Positions 8,059 to 16,687 of a DNA stretch of 64,000 nt are shown piece by piece. The position numbers were made by a program, and so were the translations under genes. The notes under the pieces are model-generated. The model saw nothing but the letters and a program-made list of their open reading frames with translations, did not search any database and was not told the origin of the DNA. Numbering within the stretch: position 1 is the stretch's first letter; every line of letters begins with the position of its first letter. The stretch comes from a virus (lineage: Duplodnaviria > Caudoviricetes): the IMG/VR virus record IMGVR_UViG_3300034170_000057. One strand, given 5' to 3'.

Positions 8059-10364
8059 TGATCGAGATTACCGGTAGCCGTTTTGGCGGTATCGTTTCGT
8101 ACAAAAAGGGTGAATTCGATTTCACTAACAACTGTGGCCTGACCACGGTTAGCGGGCACAACCGCGACTCGCAAATCTCCAAAGACCAAAACAACGGCGC
8201 CGGTAAATCTCTGCTGTTTTCTATGCTGCCTAACGTGCGTTTTGAACAGATGCCGTTGGCAGATACGAAAAAGAAAAACCGCATCCATTCGAAAGGCTCG
8301 TTCATCGAGTTCGACGTTAACAACCTCGGACATAAGTGGACGATCCGCCAGCAGGCCGGTGGCTATCAAATCTGGCGCGACGGCGAAGACCTGAAAGTTC
8401 GGGGCCAATCTAGTCAGCGTGCGCAAATTGAAGAAATCATTCCGATTACCCAAGACGAATGGTATTCCTATGTGCATCTGCAATCGCAAAAGAGATTGGA
8501 ATTCCTGTACGGCACACCACGTGCGCGAATGACCTATATCAGTGAGGTGTGGCGCCTCGATCAGTTCGACGTGCTGCGTCGGTTCTTTGAAAAGAAGATC
8601 GACGAAGTAAAAGTCGCACAGAACAAGTCGGATGCATTCAGCCACCAGCTGATGAATATCAACGATGCGCTGAATAAAAACGGCTGGAATAAGCAGCTGG
8701 AAAAGGAACTTAACGAAGCCAACGAAATCGTTAAAACCCAATCCAAGAAAGTCACGAAGTTGCAGACGCAGCGGCAGGAACTGAAAAGCCTGTCGAAGCA
8801 GGTCGAGTTCTATACGACCACGCGTGACAAGCTGAAAAAGTTGCAGGGTAAAATCCGATTCGATAAACCTACGCTGAAAGAGCAGTATCAACTGCACGAA
8901 GCGCTGGAGAAATTCGAAGAGGATAACGCCGAGTATGATCGCCGCTGTAAAAAGCTGGTGAAGAAACTCGACGAACTGGGCGACGGCGGTGATAGTAAAA
9001 CGCTGAAGAAACGTATCAAGGAAATCCGGAAAGAACTGGAAGGCCTCGAAACGGAAGACAAGCGTCTTGAGAAAGTCCGCGACAAGCACGACGCAGCTGT
9101 ACGCGAACTGGAAAACTTGGACGATCACGTCGATCCGGATTTGCGTAAATACTTGACGCAATGCAACAAAGAAAAAGTCGATCCAATGGAGGCGCTGAAA
9201 GAGGAATACAGCACCGCCAAAACGACGATGAAACTGGCTGACCTGCTACACGATCACGACGACGGCGCATGCCCGACGTGTATGCAGAAAATCAACCTGA
9301 AGGATTTGGAAAAGACCATTGCGAACGCCAAGAAGCGCAAAGGTAAAGCACACTCGATGATCCACGCGCTGGAACTGCGAATCACAAAGCAGGACAACAC
9401 GGATATCATCAAGGCCCTGAAGTTCGACGAACGTTCGTTCTACGCGGCTCGCAAGAAAATCAAGGCGCTCCGGGCTGAACTGGAAAAGCTCGAAGACCAA
9501 ATCGAAAACTCTGTGCGCTTCGATGAAATCACCGGGCAAATGGCTGACCTGAAAAAGCCTAAGCGGCCTAAGCAGGAACCGATTATCTCGGTTGAGAAAA
9601 TCGAACAGCAAGTGGAAATGATCGACGAAGCACGTCGCCTGAAAGCGCGGCTGTCTGAATTCGACGAAGCACCAGAAGACGACAATATCCTCAAGCGTCT
9701 GGCCGAAGTCGAAGCCAAGCTGGAAAAGGTCGAGAAAAAGTATTCCAAAGCTCACAAAGTAACCGTGCGCTATAGCTCGCTGCGTGCCGAATGGAAACTG
9801 CTGAAGAAACAGCGCGAAGAGGCCAGCGTCAAGGTCGAGGAATTTAAACCTCTGATCAAGAAAATGCAGCGCTTCAAAGTTCTGGTGAAAGCCTACAGCA
9901 ACAAAGGGCTGAAGCTGCACGCCATGCACGAAATCGTCTATGGCCTAGAGCAGAACTACAACAAATATGCACAGCTGATTTTCGCAGAGAATTTCAAGTT
10001 CAAAGTGGAAGCCAAAGAAGACGGCGTGCATATCATCGTAGACCGGGGCCAAGGCAACGTCAGCGATGTACGTTCGTTGTCCGGGGCCGAGTCCGATAGT
10101 TTCCGTCTGCTGCATTTCCTTGCGTGTGTGATCATGGCTAAGGACGCACGCCGGGTAAACTTGGCAATCCTCGACGAACCGGATGCACACATGGATGACG
10201 CGACTACCAGCCTATTCGTGGAGCGTTACATTCCGTTCCTGCGCAAGCTGGTGCCACAAGTGTTTATCATCACGCAAAAAGGTAAGCACCTGCACCCGAA
10301 TTGTTCTTACGTCACCGTTGAAAAACATAAGGGGGTTTCGAATGTCCGTTATGACGCGGCCTAG
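8058..10364 (+). CDS. SbcC/Rad50/T4 gp46-like recombination endonuclease ATPase subunit
   Basis: Walker A GHN(RDSQISKDQN)NGAGKS, Q-loop HLQSQ, long coiled coil with CPTC zinc hook, signature LSGAES, Walker B/D-loop ILDEPDAHMD, H-loop-position ITQ. Confidence 0.9.
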   Translation: MIEITGSRFGGIVSYKKGEFDFTNNCGLTTVSGHNRDSQISKDQNNGAGKSLLFSMLPNVRFEQMPLADTKKKNRIHSKGSFIEFDVNNLGHKWTIRQQAGGYQIWRDGEDLKVRGQSSQRAQIEEIIPITQDEWYSYVHLQSQKRLEFLYGTPRARMTYISEVWRLDQFDVLRRFFEKKIDEVKVAQNKSDAFSHQLMNINDALNKNGWNKQLEKELNEANEIVKTQSKKVTKLQTQRQELKSLSKQVEFYTTTRDKLKKLQGKIRFDKPTLKEQYQLHEALEKFEEDNAEYDRRCKKLVKKLDELGDGGDSKTLKKRIKEIRKELEGLETEDKRLEKVRDKHDAAVRELENLDDHVDPDLRKYLTQCNKEKVDPMEALKEEYSTAKTTMKLADLLHDHDDGACPTCMQKINLKDLEKTIANAKKRKGKAHSMIHALELRITKQDNTDIIKALKFDERSFYAARKKIKALRAELEKLEDQIENSVRFDEITGQMADLKKPKRPKQEPIISVEKIEQQVEMIDEARRLKARLSEFDEAPEDDNILKRLAEVEAKLEKVEKKYSKAHKVTVRYSSLRAEWKLLKKQREEASVKVEEFKPLIKKMQRFKVLVKAYSNKGLKLHAMHEIVYGLEQNYNKYAQLIFAENFKFKVEAKEDGVHIIVDRGQGNVSDVRSLSGAESDSFRLLHFLACVIMAKDARRVNLAILDEPDAHMDDATTSLFVERYIPFLRKLVPQVFIITQKGKHLHPNCSYVTVEKHKGVSNVRYDAA

Positions 10365-10638
10365 TCAGAAAACGCATTGGATGTGCATTCCGCATCCGAC
10401 GCACTGGTGGATTCAAGCGTTGCAAATGGTTCACGGTTTCCACGTTCGTTGTGAAGTGGATTTGCCCAAGCAAGAATACTCGATGGCGATGCTGCCTACC
10501 ATTATCCGTCAAATGACCGAAGCCGTGGAAGTGGAAAAAGCACGCGTAATGCAACTGATCGAAGAGAATCACAAAGATGCACTCGAAGAAACCGAAACTG
10601 AAGTCGAGAAAAGCGGAGAAGTTCCAACGCGGCATTGA
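10342..10638 (+). CDS. hypothetical protein (start re-called to ATG 10342, 98 aa)
   Basis: GGGGGT SD-like sequence upstream; the longer upstream part of the track ORF overlaps sbcC. Confidence 0.55.
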   Translation: MSVMTRPSQKTHWMCIPHPTHWWIQALQMVHGFHVRCEVDLPKQEYSMAMLPTIIRQMTEAVEVEKARVMQLIEENHKDALEETETEVEKSGEVPTRH

Positions 10639-10642
10639 GCGT

Positions 10643-10744
10643 ATGGAACGATACGCCGAAGCAACACGGGAACAGTTTGCACAGGCACTCGCACTGGGCA
10701 AAACCTTTGATCATACTGGGCCAATGGCCGGGAGAAACAAATGA
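10643..10744 (+). CDS. small ORF, 33 aa (MERYAEATREQFAQALALGKTFDHTGPMAGRNK)
   Basis: Starts 4 nt after the upstream stop and ends in an ATGA overlap with the next small ORF; below the track cut-off. Confidence 0.5.
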   Translation: MERYAEATREQFAQALALGKTFDHTGPMAGRNK

Positions 10745-10878
10745 ACAACAACGACCTGCGTATTCTGAAATTCCAGAACACCCTGACCTTTCATGCGGCC
10801 GCCGCGAACTTCCATTCCAAGGCCAACGGCATGACCAACTCCCTGAAAAAACAATTGAACAAAAAGCTCGGAAAATGA
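10741..10878 (+). CDS. small basic ORF, 45 aa (MNNNDLRILKFQNTLTFHAAAANFHSKANGMTNSLKKQLNKKLGK)
   Basis: GGAGA SD 5 nt upstream; ATGA overlaps at both ends. Confidence 0.65.
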   Translation: MNNNDLRILKFQNTLTFHAAAANFHSKANGMTNSLKKQLNKKLGK

Positions 10879-11600
10879 TCGTCTACGGCTTCGCGCATAC
10901 AGCGCCGGATAAAGTTTTGGTGCATCTTCGTGGACTCGGAGTGCCCCGCGCACAAATCGCGATGCTAGGTCACGATTTCGAAGCTCGTAAGCACCTGATT
11001 TTTATTGATGCTGCGAGTTTCGAAGCCGGTCGCGATCTTGCTGAAGTAGCGAACTGCATTTGCTACGTGTGCGACGATCCAATTTCCCTTGCGCCCTACG
11101 ATTTAATTCCTGCTGATTACAAGGCGGCTGAAGACTTTCACGTGGACGGCTACACGCTCACGGAATTTAAAACGCTGCCGGTATTCAAACAGGTCACGGG
11201 CGCCCGGAAGAAATTCGATATGATTCAGGTAGCCAAGAAGCACGCTTCTAGCCAGCTAACATTCTTCACAAATTTCATGACGTTTATCTACAGCATGCCG
11301 ATGCAAACGCACCAACTCCCGGTGCGACAACTCGCGTGTAAATGGTTGGCCTCTACCGAGACTTATCGGCAACTCACAAACCGAATCGAGAAGCTGCGCA
11401 AAGGCGTTTTCCTGACTGACAAACAGGTCGAACGTTTGGTGGCTCTGCTTAGTTCGGATGTTGTCGCGATTTATCGTGAAGGTCTGCAAATGGAAGGCGA
11501 CGAAGACGAAGTGGCGATGAAATTGAAAATCAGCGCCTACGAAATGCGTTACATCCGTGCAATCAATCGGGGCGCTGCTGAAGCGTTGATAGACCCATGA
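10875..11600 (+). CDS. hypothetical protein, 241 aa (start re-called from TTG 10635 to ATG 10875)
   Basis: ATGA overlap with the 45-aa ORF explains the upstream sequence better than the TTG extension. Confidence 0.65.
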   Translation: MIVYGFAHTAPDKVLVHLRGLGVPRAQIAMLGHDFEARKHLIFIDAASFEAGRDLAEVANCICYVCDDPISLAPYDLIPADYKAAEDFHVDGYTLTEFKTLPVFKQVTGARKKFDMIQVAKKHASSQLTFFTNFMTFIYSMPMQTHQLPVRQLACKWLASTETYRQLTNRIEKLRKGVFLTDKQVERLVALLSSDVVAIYREGLQMEGDEDEVAMKLKISAYEMRYIRAINRGAAEALIDP

Positions 11601-11749
11601 AAAACGTTGACGCCGAGAAACAAAAATTCAAGTTGCTGTGCCTGATAAAACACCGCTGGGCCAATTCGTCCGACCGTTGCAAGTGGGCGTGCTGGCGGTG
11701 TAAGCGCTGCAATAAAATCATTCACGTATTGGGAAGCGCACCGGAATGA
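11597..11749 (+). CDS. small Cys/His-rich protein, DUF1660-like, 50 aa
   Basis: MKNVDAEKQKFKLLCLIKHRWANSSDRCKWACWRCKRCNKIIHVLGSAPE; LC...H.W...CxRC pattern; ATGA overlaps at both ends. Confidence 0.6.
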   Translation: MKNVDAEKQKFKLLCLIKHRWANSSDRCKWACWRCKRCNKIIHVLGSAPE

Positions 11750-12264
11750 CCGATCAAAAATTCAATGTTGAAATCGAACGTGAACCTGAAACGGATTACG
11801 TTGGCGAAGCTCGGTGGTCGCCGTGTGCTGGTTTGGAACGCGGAACAATCGAAAATATTGGTTATGTCAAAGTGGATGATAGCGAGGCTCCGACTACCGA
11901 CGACTGGGAACGTATCACGAAACTCAAAATGGAAGCGATGGGAATTTCTGAAGAATTCCTGACGGGTGACGTACAGCTTATTCCTTTCTTTGATGGGGGT
12001 TTTGATAACCGTGTCACCGTATCACCAGCACGCAAGACATTCATAGACGAAACATTCCGCCGTGTAGTCAAGCGTACTATGCGCCCCAGCACGCACTGTA
12101 TCGCGACCCGCAACGGCGTCATGGCGTTAGGTAAGCGTTTCCGTTCTCTGCGACTGGCCCGCGTGTGGTACAAAAACATGATGGGCAATATCGAAATCAA
12201 ATTCGCGGATAAACCCGTGGTGCCTGATGAATCTTGGGTGCCGTTGGCAGAATATGGGAAATAA
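11746..12264 (+). CDS. hypothetical protein, 172 aa (carries FRSLRLA motif)
   Basis: ORF track; ATGA overlap. Confidence 0.65.
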   Translation: MTDQKFNVEIEREPETDYVGEARWSPCAGLERGTIENIGYVKVDDSEAPTTDDWERITKLKMEAMGISEEFLTGDVQLIPFFDGGFDNRVTVSPARKTFIDETFRRVVKRTMRPSTHCIATRNGVMALGKRFRSLRLARVWYKNMMGNIEIKFADKPVVPDESWVPLAEYGK

Positions 12265-12754
12265 ACTCGACACACGAGGTTGGGCTATGGTCGATCTTTC
12301 CGACAAGATCCTTTCGATTTCCACGCCACGTAAAGAAACACCGTGTCCGTTCGGCGGGCTTCTACCGAAGGTTAACCGGCGTTGGACAATGTGGAGTTTT
12401 CCGCCCACGTACCCGATGGATTTGCCGCAGCGGAAATGTGTGAAAGTTTCGGACGGTGAAGAAGAAATCATCGAGAAACAGCCGGTCGATGTGAGCGGGC
12501 TGGCAATCACCGGGCGAATCGGTTACATGACCGGGATGGTAATCCACTGTGATGCGTTCAGCGAACCTACGCCGCAATCCAAATACTATTTCATGCACAA
12601 GCACACGCCGAAGGGCGTTGAAGTGATCGTGTTTGAACGTGGTGTGGATAATGTGCATCACATGTACGAGTACCGAAGCGCCCGCGCCGCACGCGTCGAA
12701 ATGAAACGCTGCCGCATTCCTGAATACGCTTTCTATCGGACAAAAAGAAAATGA
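12254..12754 (+). CDS. hypothetical protein (start re-called to ATG 12254)
   Basis: In-frame ATG close to the upstream stop. Confidence 0.6.
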   Translation: MGNKLDTRGWAMVDLSDKILSISTPRKETPCPFGGLLPKVNRRWTMWSFPPTYPMDLPQRKCVKVSDGEEEIIEKQPVDVSGLAITGRIGYMTGMVIHCDAFSEPTPQSKYYFMHKHTPKGVEVIVFERGVDNVHHMYEYRSARAARVEMKRCRIPEYAFYRTKRK

Positions 12755-13143
12755 AACGGCACGAATACATTACCATCTGCGACGAAACGAATAACCCGCC
12801 GCAAATGGTCGAAGAAAACAATCTGGCACTCGACTTTGTGATCACTACGCCGGAACCAGAACGTGCCCGCTATGAGTGCGTGTGTGACGCGATTTGCGAT
12901 AACCCGGACGAGGCACTCGCCATGCGTATTCGTTCTTACCTGTTGCGCGCACTCGGTCGCGAAATCAAACGCCTCGGACAAAATCCCGAAGTGATTTGCC
13001 AGCAGCTGAATATTTCGAACAATCGCCTTGACGATATTTTGCAGGGCCGCATAGAACGTCTGAGCCGCGACCAGTTGACCGGCATGTGCAAACGTATCGG
13101 CCTGAGCGTTGATCGCCTCATGATGGAGGTGATGGAAAAATGA
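12751..13143 (+). CDS. XRE-family HTH protein (HigA2/HTH_37-like C-terminal domain)
   Basis: EIKRLGQNPEVICQQLNISNNRLDDILQGRIERLSRDQL resembles the HTH_37 pattern (...ISxxRVSxLxxGKIxxFSxDxL). Confidence 0.6.
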   Translation: MKRHEYITICDETNNPPQMVEENNLALDFVITTPEPERARYECVCDAICDNPDEALAMRIRSYLLRALGREIKRLGQNPEVICQQLNISNNRLDDILQGRIERLSRDQLTGMCKRIGLSVDRLMMEVMEK

Positions 13144-13556
13144 TCGGAAATATCGCACCGGAAGGCCTGCACAAATGGCAGCTGAAATTCGAGAATGTTC
13201 CGGCAGGACTCGACCTTCCTGAAATGGAAGTGCTAGCGAATGGTGCGCCGGGTATGCAGGGTATTTGTATCCAGATGAACCCACCGAACGACTGGCCGCG
13301 CACCACACAAAAAACAATCATGTCCATTACAGAAAGCAGTGTGCCGGTCGGTGCATTTCTTTCGCGCTGGCATGCGGCTGTCAAAGCCTCACACGAGGCA
13401 CCTTATCGGATCTACTCCACACGTCGTGGGGCATTCGTGGAATATCGTTACCCTTCCTTCCGATTACAATTCCGTTCGTTGCGGCTAGCTCAAGTGTTTG
13501 CGAAAAGCCACGCCATCGACTGGAACATCGAAACACTTGAGTATAAAAATGACTGA
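13140..13556 (+). CDS. hypothetical protein, 138 aa (carries FRSLRLA motif)
   Basis: ORF track; ATGA overlap. Confidence 0.65.
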   Translation: MIGNIAPEGLHKWQLKFENVPAGLDLPEMEVLANGAPGMQGICIQMNPPNDWPRTTQKTIMSITESSVPVGAFLSRWHAAVKASHEAPYRIYSTRRGAFVEYRYPSFRLQFRSLRLAQVFAKSHAIDWNIETLEYKND

Positions 13557-13926
13557 GCAAACTTACAGCAAAATGTACATTGCCGTTCTCGACGAAGCGC
13601 CTGATTACATGGTGCCTACGTTGGTTGCGCATTCCGTCCTGACCGCGCACGTCAAATTCGCAGAACCTAAACGCCTCGAATTTGGGCAACCCTCGAACAA
13701 GGAAATATATCTCGACTGGATGCAACACTCTTTTCGCAAGGTAACGTTGCGTGTGAACCGGCGTGAATTCGACAAAATCCGTGAGACGCTGACCTGTCAC
13801 CAAGGCCACGAAAACACCATCTGCAACGGCGAACCTTCGTGCCTTGTGGTGCTGCCTGTCCGAAGCGACAACGTGCCGAATGTTTTGAAATACGCAAAAC
13901 TTTGGAAACCAATCACCGGGGAATAA
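13549..13926 (+). CDS. peptidyl-tRNA hydrolase 2 (PTH2)-like protein (start re-called to 13549)
   Basis: KMYIAVLDEAPDYMVPTLVAHS, W....FRKVTLRVNRREF, LVVLP, LKYAKLW follow the PTH2 motif layout. Confidence 0.6.
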   Translation: MTEQTYSKMYIAVLDEAPDYMVPTLVAHSVLTAHVKFAEPKRLEFGQPSNKEIYLDWMQHSFRKVTLRVNRREFDKIRETLTCHQGHENTICNGEPSCLVVLPVRSDNVPNVLKYAKLWKPITGE

Positions 13927-13927
13927 C

Positions 13928-14173
13928 ATGGCCCGCAAAGATGTGACCGATCGTATGGTAGTTGACGCTTACGTGTGGTGCAGCGAATTGCAGTTGCGCC
14001 CGCTGGAGTACCTGACTATCACGACTGGCGAGCCTGAAAAGGTTTGCTGGCGCGCAATGGAACGCTCTTACGACCACGGCTACATCGAGTGCGGCGTCGG
14101 CCTTAACAGTGGTTGGGCTACCGAAAAAGGTATGGGATTACTCAAGCGAGAAAAACATAATGTCGATGCATGA
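13928..14173 (+). CDS. hypothetical protein, 81 aa
   Basis: ORF track; starts 1 nt after the upstream stop. Confidence 0.6.
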   Translation: MARKDVTDRMVVDAYVWCSELQLRPLEYLTITTGEPEKVCWRAMERSYDHGYIECGVGLNSGWATEKGMGLLKREKHNVDA

Positions 14174-14513
14174 ACTGTTGAAGCTGAAAATATCGTTTGA
14201 AGAAATCCGTATTCGTGGGCAGGAACCTATGGTCTACGTGGTCCGTGCCGAAGAGGATTCCGCGTGGATATTCGTCACCGAAATGATTGAGGGTGAATCA
14301 TGGGACGAAATCACACAGAAATATCCGACACTGATTGACCTACTGGCCTCTTTCTTCGTGTGTGAAGTTTGGGAAGCCGGGAGTCGCGGTGGTAATCGCA
14401 CTATCACTATTTCCAGCATTGAAGGTCACGAAGGTCTGTACGAATTCGATCCGGAAAATCCCCCGTCTTTGGATTGGGAAGCCACCCACAATCTTTCCGA
14501 GGTTTCAGCATGA
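14160..14513 (+). CDS. hypothetical protein (start re-called to 14160)
   Basis: In-frame ATG near the upstream stop. Confidence 0.6.
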   Translation: MSMHELLKLKISFEEIRIRGQEPMVYVVRAEEDSAWIFVTEMIEGESWDEITQKYPTLIDLLASFFVCEVWEAGSRGGNRTITISSIEGHEGLYEFDPENPPSLDWEATHNLSEVSA

Positions 14514-14821
14514 ATGCAGTTGTCGAAATGGACCGTGACGAACAAATCGAAATGCTGGCCGACCGCCTGAATCCACTGGATGTTCCGATGTTCCGGAAGC
14601 GTAGCGTGTACACCCCGCCCGCTGAAGCCTTCGACGAAATTCAGTACGAACGGAATCTCGGTGATGATTTCAATATTTACCACATCAAAACAAACGATAC
14701 GCTGGCAGAGATTGCCCCGCGTTTTGGTGTGGATGTTGATCGGCTCGCATTTATCAATAATATCGCTGATCCGAAAATCATTTACTTCGGTTCGTGTCTG
14801 CGCCTGAGACACAAATCATGA
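14510..14821 (+). CDS. LysM-domain protein (start re-called to 14510)
   Basis: YHIKTNDTLAEIAPRFGVDVDRLAFINNIADPKIIYFGSCLRL is a canonical LysM. Confidence 0.85.
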   Translation: MNAVVEMDRDEQIEMLADRLNPLDVPMFRKRSVYTPPAEAFDEIQYERNLGDDFNIYHIKTNDTLAEIAPRFGVDVDRLAFINNIADPKIIYFGSCLRLRHKS

Positions 14822-15204
14822 CTTCACTCGAAAACATGAACGCGCGCCACCTACTGGGGCAAATTCAGAAGCATATTGAAGCCGTCATTTCAGCACCACG
14901 TGACGTAAAGCTGGAACGTGAAGAATTCGGCAAGAGCGTTGACGAATATATGGAAGACCTCAAGGATCGCCGTGTTATCCACGATCCTTTTACGGCGCAG
15001 GTTGTGACCTACACAATCCACGATATTAAAAATCGCTGCGTTGTACGCCTCAACGATGCAGACGGCAGAAAGATAAAAGACCTCACGTTGTATGGGCGCC
15101 GTCGCGCACACTGGGTTGGGCGCCAGCAACTCGGCAACGTCTACACGGAATTTCAGATGTGTATGCCTTCTAAGCGCATTCAGTTCACAATCAGGCTGGA
15201 TTAA
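14818..15204 (+). CDS. hypothetical protein (start re-called to 14818)
   Basis: ATGA overlap with the LysM gene. Confidence 0.6.
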   Translation: MTSLENMNARHLLGQIQKHIEAVISAPRDVKLEREEFGKSVDEYMEDLKDRRVIHDPFTAQVVTYTIHDIKNRCVVRLNDADGRKIKDLTLYGRRRAHWVGRQQLGNVYTEFQMCMPSKRIQFTIRLD

Positions 15205-15210
15205 TCGACC

Positions 15211-15516
15211 ATGCACCATACTGTAAATAAGATGAAACGCGAACTGTGCGCAATTATTCTCAACGAATTAGAGCGTCAGGCACGGCCCATGCTGAAGGGT
15301 ATTCCACACTACCAGAAGCAGGCACGCATTCAATTATTTGTGCAGGGTCAATACCTGCGCATGGGCGGCCCGCTTAATCGCGAACTCACTCCATATTTCC
15401 ACGAATCAGTACCAGCCAACGAATGCGAAAAGCTGGTTGATGCAGACCTCGACGTGCTGATTGCCATCGCGGCTAAACTCGGCTACGCGCTGGAACTGAC
15501 GTGGCAACGCAAATAG
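15211..15516 (+). CDS. hypothetical protein with a possible HTH-like C-terminus (true start may be 15232)
   Basis: LDVLIAIAAKLGYALELTW resembles the end of XRE HTH domains. Confidence 0.5.
   Translation: MHHTVNKMKRELCAIILNELERQARPMLKGIPHYQKQARIQLFVQGQYLRMGGPLNRELTPYFHESVPANECEKLVDADLDVLIAIAAKLGYALELTWQRK
15219..15229 (+). promoter_or_regulatory. motif A TACTGTAAATA, ~300 nt upstream of the SbcD-like gene
   Basis: Exact copy. Confidence 0.5.
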
Positions 15517-15525
15517 GAACCCACC

Positions 15526-16575
15526 GTGGCAAACCCTTCGTTCGAAGCAGTATTCACCAGCGACTGGCATTTGACCGGCCTGAATAAACATTTCTCGGAT
15601 GGCGATGATCGCATTCTGGCCGAGGGTGAAAAGATCCTGCAATACGCGCTGAATAACGGTATTAAATACGTGATTATTCCGGGTGATATTTCTGATCACC
15701 CGAACCTGCCATTCGACACATACACCAAACTGTTTAACCTGCTCTACAAATACGACAAGCTGCTGACCATCATTTACGTGGCAGGCAATCACGACTTCGA
15801 AAACGTCGAGAAAATGTCGATGAATTTCATGTACCGTTTGAGCAAGACGCGTGCATTCAAAAACCTCAAAATCGTATTGAAACCGGAACGCGTGGAAATC
15901 GAAGGCGTGCCGGTAAACCTGTTGCCGTACCCGTGCCTGAAAACCCTGTCGAAAAAACAAGGTGCATTGAACGTCGCGCACGTGGAATACACCGGGGCAG
16001 TTGGTGACAATGGTCGCACGCTGAAAACAAAGCATGAATTGAAATCACATAAAAACGATTTCACAGTTAGCGGGCATATCCACCAATACCAGTACATGAA
16101 AGCGAAGCGCGCTCTGTATTGCGGGAATCCATTCCAAAAGAACTTTGGTGAGGCATTGCCTAAAGGGTTCGTGCATTTGCGTGCCACGTTGAACGGCGAC
16201 CGGATGGATGTGGAGCATAAATTCGTGGAGAATAAACCGGGGTTTACCCTGATTAATCTCCCTATTAATGACCTCAACGACCTGAAGAAACTGAAGCACG
16301 ATTCGAATATTCGTTACAAGCTGCATTTCGATCCTGAAGTGCCAATGCCTGCGGATCTAATGCTGCAATACCCGAACATTACCGGTGGTATTCATTGGTC
16401 TGGCGGTAAAGCAATTGATAGCTCGGAAATAGAAACAATTAAAATTGAACGGGCAGATATTGATCCTGAATTCGGATTGGAAGCATTCCTCGGTGCGGAA
16501 GGTTTGGATTTAAAAGAAATCAAATGGACGATGAAAGAGGTTAAGGCAGCCAAAAATGTCCTTGGGTTTTCCTGA
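15526..16575 (+). CDS. SbcD/Mre11/T4 gp47-like metallophosphoesterase nuclease subunit
   Basis: Motifs FTSDWHL, PGDISD, AGNHD, VAH, SGHIH; GTG start after AGGAA. Confidence 0.9.
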   Translation: MANPSFEAVFTSDWHLTGLNKHFSDGDDRILAEGEKILQYALNNGIKYVIIPGDISDHPNLPFDTYTKLFNLLYKYDKLLTIIYVAGNHDFENVEKMSMNFMYRLSKTRAFKNLKIVLKPERVEIEGVPVNLLPYPCLKTLSKKQGALNVAHVEYTGAVGDNGRTLKTKHELKSHKNDFTVSGHIHQYQYMKAKRALYCGNPFQKNFGEALPKGFVHLRATLNGDRMDVEHKFVENKPGFTLINLPINDLNDLKKLKHDSNIRYKLHFDPEVPMPADLMLQYPNITGGIHWSGGKAIDSSEIETIKIERADIDPEFGLEAFLGAEGLDLKEIKWTMKEVKAAKNVLGFS

Positions 16576-16609
16576 CCTGTACCGGAACTTTTAATTAATT
16601 CGGATAATA

Positions 16610-16625
16610 CTAATTTATTATTAGT
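16610..16625 (+). promoter_or_regulatory. motif B CTAATTTATTATTAGT upstream of the histone-like gene
   Basis: Intergenic; near-identical copy at 58491. Confidence 0.55.
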
Positions 16626-16687
16626 TGGTACGCATCGTGGCGCTACGATTAAGCCAACTACACACACCTTAATCGAGGAATGCAACG

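Noticed and set aside
10635-10874. TTG-initiated 80-aa N-terminal extension given by the ORF track
   Set aside because: Better explained by two small ATG ORFs with ATGA coupling and an SD.
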